Below are positions 1 through 8,083 of a stretch of 61,235 bases of DNA, piece after piece. The notes under the pieces are model-generated. The model saw only the letters and a program-made list of their open reading frames with translations, was not told where the DNA came from and did not search any database. Location: sequence record NC_028831.1; one strand, 5' to 3'. The DNA is from Escherichia phage slur01. The position numbers and the translations under genes are program-made. The stretch's first letter is position 1, and each line of letters begins with the position of its first letter.

Positions 1-127
1 CACAGGCATCCCAGGCTGCACGTCCGGACAACCTATAACCACACCATCGCAGGAACCGCCAAAGTGTCCGCCAGCTTCGCTGATACGGAACTGGTGTCCA
101 TTTTCGTCCTGCTGATAGACCTGCATA
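1..127. repeat. 127-bp terminal direct repeat, identical to 61109..61235 (circular permutation or assembly overlap)
   Basis: Bases 1..127 match the last 127 bases of the window exactly; a minus-strand ORF reads through the junction. Confidence 0.9.
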
Positions 128-429
128 CCTGCCGCAAGAAGCATAGCAATGAAACGCGCTTCTTCCAGATGTCCGCGGTTAAACAGTCGAAGCTGGCGTC
201 CGTCAAACTCTTTGCGTGTAGCCCAGCGATATCCATAGAAAAGCTTGCGTGCGCATTGCTGCCCAATAAGGGAAGCGCCTAAGTGGCTGCGGTTACCGCT
301 TTCAGGGCGATAAGCGTCTTCAATTGTGGGAATGACTACGCCAAGATACTTACGGTAAGTCCCACCCTGATCTTTTTGCACACCGTCATTGATCGCTTGA
401 AGTGTTTTTTCTGCAATATAAATAGCCAT
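1..429 (-). CDS. 5' part of a YqaJ/lambda-Exo-like PD-(D/E)xK recombination exonuclease (ATG at 427..429; continues in 60629..61235)
   Basis: The minus-strand frame is open from the ATG at 429 (MAIYIAEKTLQAINDG...GASLIGQQCARKLFYG...) and joins in-frame to MQVYQQDENGHQF at 126, which equals 61234. The ORF-track 33..266 ORF is in another frame. Confidence 0.7.
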   Translation of the reverse strand, partial: MAIYIAEKTLQAINDGVQKDQGGTYRKYLGVVIPTIEDAYRPESGNRSHLGASLIGQQCARKLFYGYRWATRKEFDGRQLRLFNRGHLEEARFIAMLLAAGMQVYQQDENGHQFRISEAGGHFGGSCDGVVIGCPDVQPGMPV

Positions 430-494
430 TGGAATACCTTAGAAAAATAAGCCGTCTTTCGACGGCTTATGGACACTACAGAGGGAGGGTTATC

Positions 495-1382
495 TTACTG
501 CTGCCACGGCGGGACTGCTGCTTGTGCTGGATGCGGTTCAGCTTGCTGCTGCGGCTGAGCTTGCTGCTGAGGTGCTGCTGCCTGACCCGGCTGTGCTACC
601 TGCTGCGCCCACGGCTGCTGGGCTGCTTCCGGTGCTACTGGCTGTTGTACCGGAGCTTGCTGCACTGGCTGCTGTGGTGCTGCGTTTTGAGCAGGATTAT
701 CCCACGGCTGCGGTGCGGCATTCTGCCACGGTTGTGCTGCTGCGCCCTGCTGTGGTGCTGGTTGCTGCTGCACAGGCTGCTGAACTGGCTGCTGTTGCTG
801 CACCGGAGCTTGCTGCTGTACAGGCGCTTGCTGTTGCTGAGCAAACGGGTTAGCTGCTGGTTGCTGTGGTGCTGCGCCCGGGAAAGCTGGCTGCTGAGCT
901 GGCGCACCTGCACCGAACGGGTTAGCTACTGCCGCTTGAGCACCCATTGCTGGAGCACCTGCTTCTTTTTCTGCGTACTTAACCGGATCGTTGATGTTAG
1001 CATAACCGTTAGGCTCGTTGCTGTCTTCATAACCTTCCTGAGAACGAACTTTCAGACGCAGGTTCAGCGGAATGTTATGCAGTTGAGCAGGAGTATCCCA
1101 GCGAATTACGCCAACCGCATGGGAAAGCGCGCCCAGTTGCTCGTATGCAATACGCACAGTATCTTCGTTGTCGTTGATAACGTTGTAACGAGCAAAGATT
1201 TTACGACCTTTAGCAAAACCATCAATAATGCTAAACGTTACCTGGATCGCCATACCGCCATTTTTGGTCGGTTTAAATTCAGATGCTTCAATTACTGCTT
1301 TATACCAACCTTTCGGCAATGCGCCGTAAGAAGGTGCTTGATAGCTGCTCGCGTCAAAGTGGAAATTAGTTGGCATAGTCAT
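495..1382 (-). CDS. SSB-like ssDNA-binding protein with Q/P/A-rich disordered C-terminal tail (likely Sak4 partner)
   Basis: Globular N-terminal domain of about 140 aa followed by a long Gln/Pro/Ala low-complexity tail; start overlaps the upstream stop (TAATG); sits next to a Sak4-type ATPase. Confidence 0.6.
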   Translation of the reverse strand: MTMPTNFHFDASSYQAPSYGALPKGWYKAVIEASEFKPTKNGGMAIQVTFSIIDGFAKGRKIFARYNVINDNEDTVRIAYEQLGALSHAVGVIRWDTPAQLHNIPLNLRLKVRSQEGYEDSNEPNGYANINDPVKYAEKEAGAPAMGAQAAVANPFGAGAPAQQPAFPGAAPQQPAANPFAQQQQAPVQQQAPVQQQQPVQQPVQQQPAPQQGAAAQPWQNAAPQPWDNPAQNAAPQQPVQQAPVQQPVAPEAAQQPWAQQVAQPGQAAAPQQQAQPQQQAEPHPAQAAVPPWQQ

Positions 1383-2110
1383 TAGTTGATACCTTTCATT
1401 TTGTTGATAACAGAACCTAAGTGTGGGACTTCAACCGCATCTAAACGTCCCGAACGATCCTTAGCGATTGTATTAAAGTCCGGTTGAGTTTGCAAGTAAC
1501 GATACGAGTTACCTTGCTGATCCTTATTTACATTCAGACGAAATACTTCGTCGAAGAAGTAAGGGAGCATTTGCCCCAATTTGGATCCAGGCATAGACGG
1601 AGCATACGCGGTAACACCGGAGACTTCATCTTTGTCTTTGCCCATTTTAGCAGACATATAAACATGTTTGCCAGGAATATCGCGAAATTTACGGATCAGA
1701 TCTTGCATCTTTTCAAGCAAAGTACCATAAGCTTGACGAGGATCTTTCGTTCCCTTTTTCGCGTTGTTTAAACATTGTTCAGCAATTTCGCTCAAGCTGT
1801 CAAGTGCAATAGAATCGAAATACTGTTGGTTAGCTGGAGTTACGCACCACTGATAAGCCGCTTCAACGTCTTCCAGACATTTCACTTCAATTACCGGAAT
1901 ATCGTAAACGATGGGCAAACCCATGTTACCATAAACACGGTTAAGGTTTTCCGCTGCAATAGACAACAGACCGGATTCTGCGCTGATTAAAATTGGTTTA
2001 GGTAATGTGGCTACAAGGCTGGTTTTACCCATACCTGCTTCACCGTAAACCAGAATTTTGACACCTGTGTCCTGCACAACTTGTGAAGACATTTTAATTT
2101 CAATGGCCAT
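1382..2110 (-). CDS. Sak4-like RecA-fold ATPase (single-strand annealing recombinase)
   Basis: Walker A motif GEAGMGKTS near the N-terminus; about 240 aa; RBS AGAGAGG; adjacent to SSB-like and exonuclease genes. Confidence 0.7.
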   Translation of the reverse strand: MAIEIKMSSQVVQDTGVKILVYGEAGMGKTSLVATLPKPILISAESGLLSIAAENLNRVYGNMGLPIVYDIPVIEVKCLEDVEAAYQWCVTPANQQYFDSIALDSLSEIAEQCLNNAKKGTKDPRQAYGTLLEKMQDLIRKFRDIPGKHVYMSAKMGKDKDEVSGVTAYAPSMPGSKLGQMLPYFFDEVFRLNVNKDQQGNSYRYLQTQPDFNTIAKDRSGRLDAVEVPHLGSVINKMKGIN

Positions 2111-2175
2111 TTAACGCCTCTCTTTTAAGTTCGCGCTCATTGTAACGTAATATACTTTGAACCCTCAATTACTTT

Positions 2176-3102
2176 TTAATCTAAAGCCTGATCACTTTCA
2201 TCGCGGAAATGCATAAAGTTTGCAAAACGCGGTTTATCTTTCACGCCATGAGGGAAGTGTTTATATGAAATAGTCCGACCTTTAATTTTGTCAGGGTTAT
2301 TCCAATAATAAATCTTATCCTCTTGCGTTAGTTTACCAGGACTAACGTTGATTGTATTGCCCGTCTTAACGTCTTTACAAACCAACGTCCCGATCATACC
2401 GTTAGGAACTTTATTTTCCTGATGCGAAGATCGTGTAGTCCTGCCCAGCTCGTTAACAGTAGCTTCATTAAGGTTAGTTTCACCCTCAATAATATCAAGG
2501 ACAATAGCGTCTTCCTGAATAAATCGTTTAATACGAAGATATCCACCTTCACGAACTGTGCCGCGCCCATGTTTATAAGGCTTGTCAGGATCACGGATAA
2601 TAATACCTTCATAACCCATATCAAGCCAGATATTTTCCCAGTAGAGCAGCTCTTGTAAAGACTTAACCACATGCATCTCTACCACTTTCAGGTCGAACAA
2701 TTCACCCTTCGCGTGCTGTGTGGTTATAAAGTCTTTCATCATGTTGTAGCGAGCTTCATACCCCAGCTCTGCTACACTTTCTGCACACAGATCAAAGATG
2801 TGCCATATTAGCAACGGTTCACCTTCAATTGTATTTACCGCACTGGTTGTTTTACGACACAGGTCTGGATCTGTTTCCAACCCTGCTGCAAGTTCACCGT
2901 CATAGCCCATGTACTGGGGACCGCTGAAAATTGCGCTTGTATGGCGGTTTTTAAACAGCTTTAAGCTTCGCCCTACTATCTGCCCGTCCGGATTTAAACC
3001 GCGCACACCGTCGATTTTAGGCAGTATACAGCACGGAAACTTAATCTTTTCTTCAACCGCGTCAGTTGCTAAATGTGGTTTAAATGCCATTGTTAACCTC
3101 AT
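2176..3102 (-). CDS. ATP-dependent DNA ligase
   Basis: Nucleotidyltransferase motif I KIDGVRG (adenylated lysine); start overlaps the RNase H stop (ATGA). An alternative ATG 12 nt downstream has a better RBS. Confidence 0.8.
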   Translation of the reverse strand: MRLTMAFKPHLATDAVEEKIKFPCCILPKIDGVRGLNPDGQIVGRSLKLFKNRHTSAIFSGPQYMGYDGELAAGLETDPDLCRKTTSAVNTIEGEPLLIWHIFDLCAESVAELGYEARYNMMKDFITTQHAKGELFDLKVVEMHVVKSLQELLYWENIWLDMGYEGIIIRDPDKPYKHGRGTVREGGYLRIKRFIQEDAIVLDIIEGETNLNEATVNELGRTTRSSHQENKVPNGMIGTLVCKDVKTGNTINVSPGKLTQEDKIYYWNNPDKIKGRTISYKHFPHGVKDKPRFANFMHFRDESDQALD

Positions 3103-3725
3103 TCATAATAATCATGTTGATAAGAACTGCTACGCATACCGTAACAACGTTCTAAAAGTGTTGCAGCTTTTTGAGCTTTCTCTTTCATACGAGTATTGCG
3201 ACGTAAATGCCCGCTACCCTTTTTAGGTCTATTTTCCTTTTTCTTTGCTTCGGAAATAAGCTCTTTGCATTCCTGCAAACGGATTTTGCTTCTTTCCAAT
3301 CGCATAGCAGAACGCGCACGTTCATCGCAGAATCTTTGTGCTTTACTACGTTGGTCTTGCGTGCTCGTATGACCTTTAACGTGGCGGAACTCAATAGTTA
3401 GATTATATTTACGCAATTGATCGTTCAACCATTTGAAAGCTACACCTTCCTGTTCACTTTTCCAGCTTGCTTCTTTATACACTTTAATAGCTGTTGAACA
3501 ATCTGTTTGCACAATTAAATGATCGCCTGGATGGATTAATTTAGCCTTCATTCCCTCCCAAATAACATTACAGATTGCCATTGTTTCAGCTGCATTATTA
3601 TCAGGAGCGCCCCGTAACGGTCCACCGTTAGCGTTATTTCCACGGTTGCAGACTACCCAGCCCCCATATCCCGCGGCTTTTGTATTTGGACAAAAACTTG
3701 CATCAGATATAATTGTTACTCTCAT
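3099..3725 (-). CDS. Ribonuclease H
   Basis: N-terminal IISDASF and HVKGH motifs typical of RNase H; basic C-terminal extension. Confidence 0.7.
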   Translation of the reverse strand: MRVTIISDASFCPNTKAAGYGGWVVCNRGNNANGGPLRGAPDNNAAETMAICNVIWEGMKAKLIHPGDHLIVQTDCSTAIKVYKEASWKSEQEGVAFKWLNDQLRKYNLTIEFRHVKGHTSTQDQRSKAQRFCDERARSAMRLERSKIRLQECKELISEAKKKENRPKKGSGHLRRNTRMKEKAQKAATLLERCYGMRSSSYQHDYYE

Positions 3726-3735
3726 TATTTATCCT

Positions 3736-3760
3736 TAATAAAAAGGGGTCTGTTGACCCC
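3736..3760 (-). terminator. Rho-independent terminator (minus strand)
   Basis: Hairpin GGGGTC-AACA-GACCCC followed by TTTTTATT on the minus strand, downstream of 3767..3997. Confidence 0.6.
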
Positions 3761-3766
3761 TTATAG

Positions 3767-3997
3767 TTATGCAGGAATGGATTCTTCCGGTGCTTCCGGA
3801 ATAACAATCTCGATCTCTTCCTCATTCTGGAAGGTTAGTCGAAACCCGTCTCCTGGACGCCCGAAAGCAAAGGTAAGGGCTATCGTATTATCCTGCTCGT
3901 AATGACAGATACTTTCTACTTTCATTTCGTTACCGTAAAAGTCACGGTAAATCATTCCAGGTAGCGCATCGGTCGCTTTGATCTTTCTTACAGCCAT
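3767..3997 (-). CDS. hypothetical protein
   Basis: 76-aa ORF with RBS GGGGGAA; compact minus-strand operon context. Confidence 0.5.
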   Translation of the reverse strand: MAVRKIKATDALPGMIYRDFYGNEMKVESICHYEQDNTIALTFAFGRPGDGFRLTFQNEEEIEIVIPEAPEESIPA

Positions 3998-4008
3998 TAT
4001 TCCCCCGT

Positions 4009-4800
4009 TTACAGTTTGTCTTTGAACTCTTCGATATATTGCTCGATCGGATACTGCTTACGCTTGAAACGATCAAACAAGATTTTAGCAGATTCTACGT
4101 CTTCGTCGCTCTCTTTACTTGCGCCCGGTGCCATAAAATCACGCCATGTAAAACCGTTCAGATTATGCATCTTAGCGATGTGCTTGTTGTAACGGCTTTC
4201 CCAGTCCACACGCGGACCTTCCATCTTGCGTAAACCGCGCCCAAGCACCTGTACATACAAATCTTTCTGACGTTGTACAGCTTCACCATTATAAGGTCCG
4301 GTTTTAAACTCAACAACACTACCGTTAAGATCTGCACCATCCGCAAAGTTGTGTAGCATAGTTTCAATAACGTCATTCAATGTTGGAACCGTCACTTTGC
4401 CCTGGGCAATGCCTGCCAAATAACCGACGTTTTCTTCACCGTACAACTCGATCAGTTCTTTCTTGGTTGCTTCTGCTTCTTTGTTTGCGGACAAAGCCAA
4501 CATCTGTTGTTCGAACATGTGTTCCTGTTCCAGGAAGTGAGCATAGCGCTCTTCGTCTACTTTGCACACAATCCATTTATATTCAACATCCTTGCTGAAG
4601 TCCGGATACTGATCTACTTCTACTACTTCCGTAGTAAAGAACTTGCCGTTATATTGAATAACAACTGTATCGCCCGGCTGCAATTCGTCACTTTCCAGAG
4701 CACGGTAGGTATAAAGACGGCCACCTGCTTCAAACTTAACTTTGACAGTTACAACGCCTTTTAACAGAGCATGATAAGCTTTCTGAAATTCTTTACGCAT
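4009..4800 (-). CDS. hypothetical protein
   Basis: 263-aa ORF with RBS AGAGGA; no motif recognised. Confidence 0.6.
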   Translation of the reverse strand: MRKEFQKAYHALLKGVVTVKVKFEAGGRLYTYRALESDELQPGDTVVIQYNGKFFTTEVVEVDQYPDFSKDVEYKWIVCKVDEERYAHFLEQEHMFEQQMLALSANKEAEATKKELIELYGEENVGYLAGIAQGKVTVPTLNDVIETMLHNFADGADLNGSVVEFKTGPYNGEAVQRQKDLYVQVLGRGLRKMEGPRVDWESRYNKHIAKMHNLNGFTWRDFMAPGASKESDEDVESAKILFDRFKRKQYPIEQYIEEFKDKL

Positions 4801-4841
4801 TTTAGTTTCCTCTTGGGCGGATTGACCGCCCGTTAATGTGG

Positions 4842-5252
4842 TTAGGCTTTATTCGGCACAATTTCCAGAGACGCGGAACCAACTTTTGATTCAACGCACT
4901 GGTTAAAGACTGCGGCTTGCTCCGCTGTAAGTTTACGCCAAGCCGCAACTTTCAACACAGGTTTATTTTCCACAAGCTGATCAACGTTAACACCAACTTT
5001 AATCAGATCGCCCAGGATTCCGTTAAGGCTTGGAAGATCAATCTTGCGATCAATCTTGTGTGTCATTTTCATAACCCCGCCAGTAATTTCAACTTTATTA
5101 GTCCCTTCTGATGGAGCAGGGAAATAGGACTTAATAATCTTTTCGCGTAGTGCTCGCTCGCGAGCTTGAAGCTTTTGTAATTCTGCTTTGGTTTTATACC
5201 ACTCAATAACATCTGCTTCGGTTGCTTGTACTGCTTTATCTGCGTCGAACAT
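4842..5252 (-). CDS. hypothetical protein
   Basis: Start re-picked at internal ATG (MFDADKAVQ...) preceded by AGAGGA; the ORF-track start at 5312 lacks an RBS. Confidence 0.5.
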   Translation of the reverse strand: MFDADKAVQATEADVIEWYKTKAELQKLQARERALREKIIKSYFPAPSEGTNKVEITGGVMKMTHKIDRKIDLPSLNGILGDLIKVGVNVDQLVENKPVLKVAAWRKLTAEQAAVFNQCVESKVGSASLEIVPNKA

Positions 5253-5493
5253 TTTTCTATCCTCTGTTGTGTTTCGATGTATGTATAATAGCACATCCAT
5301 GTGACAGGGCAAGACTCAATTTGTATCAATTAATCTTTTTAAACGGATTAGTAATCTAGCAACCTTCCTCCATTCGGCATCCTCCATTAATGGTGAAGGC
5401 TTATACGCTTCAGGTATCGGACAAGGTATATAGGGTTCCATGTCAGATATTACTTGCTTTGATAACTTTTTCTTCCGTTTACCCATAAATAGC

Positions 5494-6147
5494 CTATTTC
5501 AAATAGCGGGAAGTCATAATTGGATGCAAAGACACTTCTTCCTCAGATGTAACCACATCAGTCGCAGGTACAAAGTTGTTGGACTGCTCGTCTCCAAGTT
5601 TCCACCCTTTGCCGTTACCCTTTTTAAGTTCGCCCGTACCAGTGGACCCAAAGCCATTGGCACCGCGCTCAGTGCTCTTAAGCTCGTCCACTTCTACCAG
5701 TTGCACGCTGGGCAGCTTAATAAGCATAGCTTGCGCAATGCGATCACCATGATTGACAGTAAAACTACCATCGTTATCAATAGTAATCTTAACCTTAAGT
5801 TCCCCAGTGTAGTCGCTATCAATGACGCCCACGCAGTTTGCCAAACGCACGTCATTTTTGAATCCGTGCCCGCTACGGGAATAGACCATAAGCGCGTAAC
5901 CTTCAGGAATATCAAACGCTAACCCTGTGCGGAATATGTGCTCGTAAGAGAAAATAATTTGCTCACATCCATCTTCACTTTTAAGATCCGCGTGCAGGTC
6001 AAAGCAAGCAGCCCCAGCACTGGCAAACGATGGCAGGATTGCGGTGTCTGTTAAGCGTTTTACCCCTAACCGCTTGCAAGGTCTATGGGAAAGAATGTTA
6101 CTCTTTACACCTACATTTCGCATTTCGCTAATAATAATATCCTTCAT
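5494..6147 (-). CDS. dut: dUTP diphosphatase (dUTPase)
   Basis: dUTPase motifs AGAACFDL, RSGHG, GVIDSDYTGE, GDRIAQ and GFGSTG in canonical order; RBS AGGTG. Confidence 0.85.
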   Translation of the reverse strand: MKDIIISEMRNVGVKSNILSHRPCKRLGVKRLTDTAILPSFASAGAACFDLHADLKSEDGCEQIIFSYEHIFRTGLAFDIPEGYALMVYSRSGHGFKNDVRLANCVGVIDSDYTGELKVKITIDNDGSFTVNHGDRIAQAMLIKLPSVQLVEVDELKSTERGANGFGSTGTGELKKGNGKGWKLGDEQSNNFVPATDVVTSEEEVSLHPIMTSRYLK

Positions 6148-6156
6148 AATTTCACC

Positions 6157-6624
6157 TTATTGGATTGAACCGCGATCAATTAACCATTGTTTCGCGTGCG
6201 CTTTAAAAATAATGCGGTAGTCATCAAGACTAATTTCCGCGCGGATGGAATCTTTAACTTCATACCACTGCCATTCACCATTACTGAAGACAACTGGGTT
6301 AAGTGGCAAAACAACCTTCCATCCTTTACGTTCTATTTTATACATCAGAACTGGATATCTGCCAAGCTCTTTAGCAGATTGAACAGTCTGCTTCCACCAT
6401 GTGTTTACTTGTGGCGTAGCGTGGTTTTTTACTTCAACCGCATGGTGGCATGTATTGCTAATGTCGCAACCACCGACCGCACTTTGATTCTGGTTACGCT
6501 GAGCAATAGGTTTTTCCGGTAACTGCATCCCCAGCTCTGCGTAAATTTCGGCATAAATTGCATTAAAGAAATCACATACTTCCCGCTCACCGCGTTGACC
6601 TTTAGCGCGAATATTTACTGCCAT
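6157..6624 (-). CDS. Putative PD-(D/E)xK nuclease, Hjc-like Holliday junction resolvase
   Basis: N-terminal GQRGEREV and downstream VEVK resemble the Hjc/archaeal resolvase catalytic core; start re-picked at ATG with GGAG RBS (track uses a GTG at 6654). Confidence 0.45.
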   Translation of the reverse strand: MAVNIRAKGQRGEREVCDFFNAIYAEIYAELGMQLPEKPIAQRNQNQSAVGGCDISNTCHHAVEVKNHATPQVNTWWKQTVQSAKELGRYPVLMYKIERKGWKVVLPLNPVVFSNGEWQWYEVKDSIRAEISLDDYRIIFKAHAKQWLIDRGSIQ

Positions 6625-6696
6625 GTTTGTCTCCATAACTTTAATGTAAAACACTTCATAAAGAATTTTATATTAAAGTTATGTTGATCGCAAGGA

Positions 6697-6729
6697 ACAA
6701 AAAAGCCCAGGCATAAGGATTCCTGGGCT
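6697..6729 (-). terminator. Rho-independent terminator (minus strand)
   Basis: Stem GCCCAGG/CCTGGGC followed by TTTTTTGTT on the minus strand. Confidence 0.6.
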
Positions 6730-7040
6730 CTCTTGATTGTCGGATAGCTTACTTTGACTGCCGTCTTCGTCTATCCTGGCCTACTTGTACAGCCTCGCCA
6801 AAGGCTGGTGACGGTTTGGTACATCTGGCGCCGTCGCGTTAAACATCGTTCACATCGTTCAGTAAGTTGCGGGTTTACCCTGTCCGCTCCAGGAAGCCTA
6901 GCGAAAGTAGTTGCTGTAAGGAGGTACAGCTACCGCTTTCAAGGGCTGAGTTAAGCATCGTTCACTAAGTTAATGTTGTTAAATTGTTAAACCTCGTTAA
7001 CTGTGGTTATCTTAAAGGATGCAGTCTTGAATGGCAAGCT

Positions 7041-7346
7041 TCAATTTTGCGCGGTTCCCTTTGCCGCTTTTGGTGCTAAAGTACCATCATTTAACATCAA
7101 CTCAAAACCTTGTACTTCATAAGTTGGAACAATAGCATAGCCCATGATTGTAAGTACAATAGATTCATCCTCACGACGCGGATAATAAATATGACACCAA
7201 TGAGGAAAAGCATTGTCGTGACGAATCTCTGCATAAGTTTTATGATCAACCAAAATCTTTTGGATTTGGTTATTGTCCTCATTATTTACATTTTCACGGA
7301 TAAGCTCCGCATAAATTGCTTCACAGATAGTATTTACAATGCTCAT
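7041..7346 (-). CDS. hypothetical protein
   Basis: 101-aa ORF with strong RBS GGAGGTG. Confidence 0.55.
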   Translation of the reverse strand: MSIVNTICEAIYAELIRENVNNEDNNQIQKILVDHKTYAEIRHDNAFPHWCHIYYPRREDESIVLTIMGYAIVPTYEVQGFELMLNDGTLAPKAAKGTAQN

Positions 7347-7585
7347 TTTAACACCTCCAACGGACGAAGTAGTTTATAGTGATTTGTTGCAACCCCGCCA
7401 GTGTTATTATATTTCTTCATAACACTGATGAACCCTTTTTGCCGAAGACTTCTTATACAGCTTGATATCATTGTCTGTTGCAATCCTGTAATTTTAGCCA
7501 ATTTTGCATAACTTATGACAATCTCGTTATTAACACGAGGAGCAAATTTTAATGCTTTATATACTAAAATATCATAAGGACACAT
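7343..7585 (-). CDS. Small winged-helix/HTH DNA-binding protein
   Basis: HTH-like segment ISYAKLAKITGLQQTMISSCIRSLRQKGF; start re-picked at ATG preceded by GAGGTG (track ORF runs to 7759 with no RBS). Confidence 0.45.
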   Translation of the reverse strand: MCPYDILVYKALKFAPRVNNEIVISYAKLAKITGLQQTMISSCIRSLRQKGFISVMKKYNNTGGVATNHYKLLRPLEVLK

Positions 7586-7826
7586 TTCACACCTCATAGA
7601 ATGTACATAAACCAGAAATAACCAGCTACGAAAATAGCACCCGCAAATAATTTTAAAAGCTCGAACATTGTTCCCTCCGTCAACTTTATGCTGTAAGTAT
7701 AGCAGGACTTGCGATGTATGCAACAACTTTAGACTTGAAATACATCTATGAAATAGCACGATTTGCCTTTACCTCTGATCCGTCTAGCTGTACTATTAAC
7801 CCATAAACAGAGCGGAGGATTACAAA

Positions 7827-8051
7827 ATGGTCATGCTGAATAAAGTATATAGCACAATGGGCGCGGATTATAAAGTTGTACGTCACCCGCGTACTGGTAA
7901 ATTTGAAGCATACATCCGTCCAATGGGTGAAGGTTGGATGTATTACGGTACTTATGATGATGCTGAGCAAGCTTATAAAGAAGCGGAAAGTGCCGCGGAA
8001 GCATCCGAAATTATGGCAAGGTACGACGTCGATGATTACTACCTTAACTAA
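7827..8051 (+). CDS. Stand-alone AP2-like DNA-binding domain protein
   Basis: YKVVRHPRTGKFEAYIRPMGEGWMYYGTYDDAEQAYKEAE fits the AP2 pattern (R-x-x-GK-W-x-A-x-I...G-T-F-x-x-x-E-x-A); RBS GGAGGA; plus-strand gene inside a minus-strand block, followed by a terminator. Confidence 0.55.
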   Translation: MVMLNKVYSTMGADYKVVRHPRTGKFEAYIRPMGEGWMYYGTYDDAEQAYKEAESAAEASEIMARYDVDDYYLN

Positions 8052-8055
8052 CAAT

Positions 8056-8083
8056 AAAGGGCCTTTCGGCCCTTTATTTATTC
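8056..8083. terminator. Bidirectional rho-independent terminator
   Basis: AAAGGGCC-TTTC-GGCCCTTT hairpin flanked by A-run and T-run; lies between the convergent AP2 and primase genes. Confidence 0.7.

Noticed and set aside
33-266. 77-aa minus-strand ORF at the window start
   Set aside because: Different frame from the exonuclease ORF that reads cleanly through this region and joins in-frame with the window end.
429-1385. 318-aa plus-strand ORF (and nested 524..853 plus, 635..913 minus) rich in Leu/Cys/Arg
   Set aside because: It is the antisense or off-frame reading of the Q/P/A-rich tail of the SSB-like gene; low complexity, no RBS, and it overlaps a well-supported minus-strand gene entirely.
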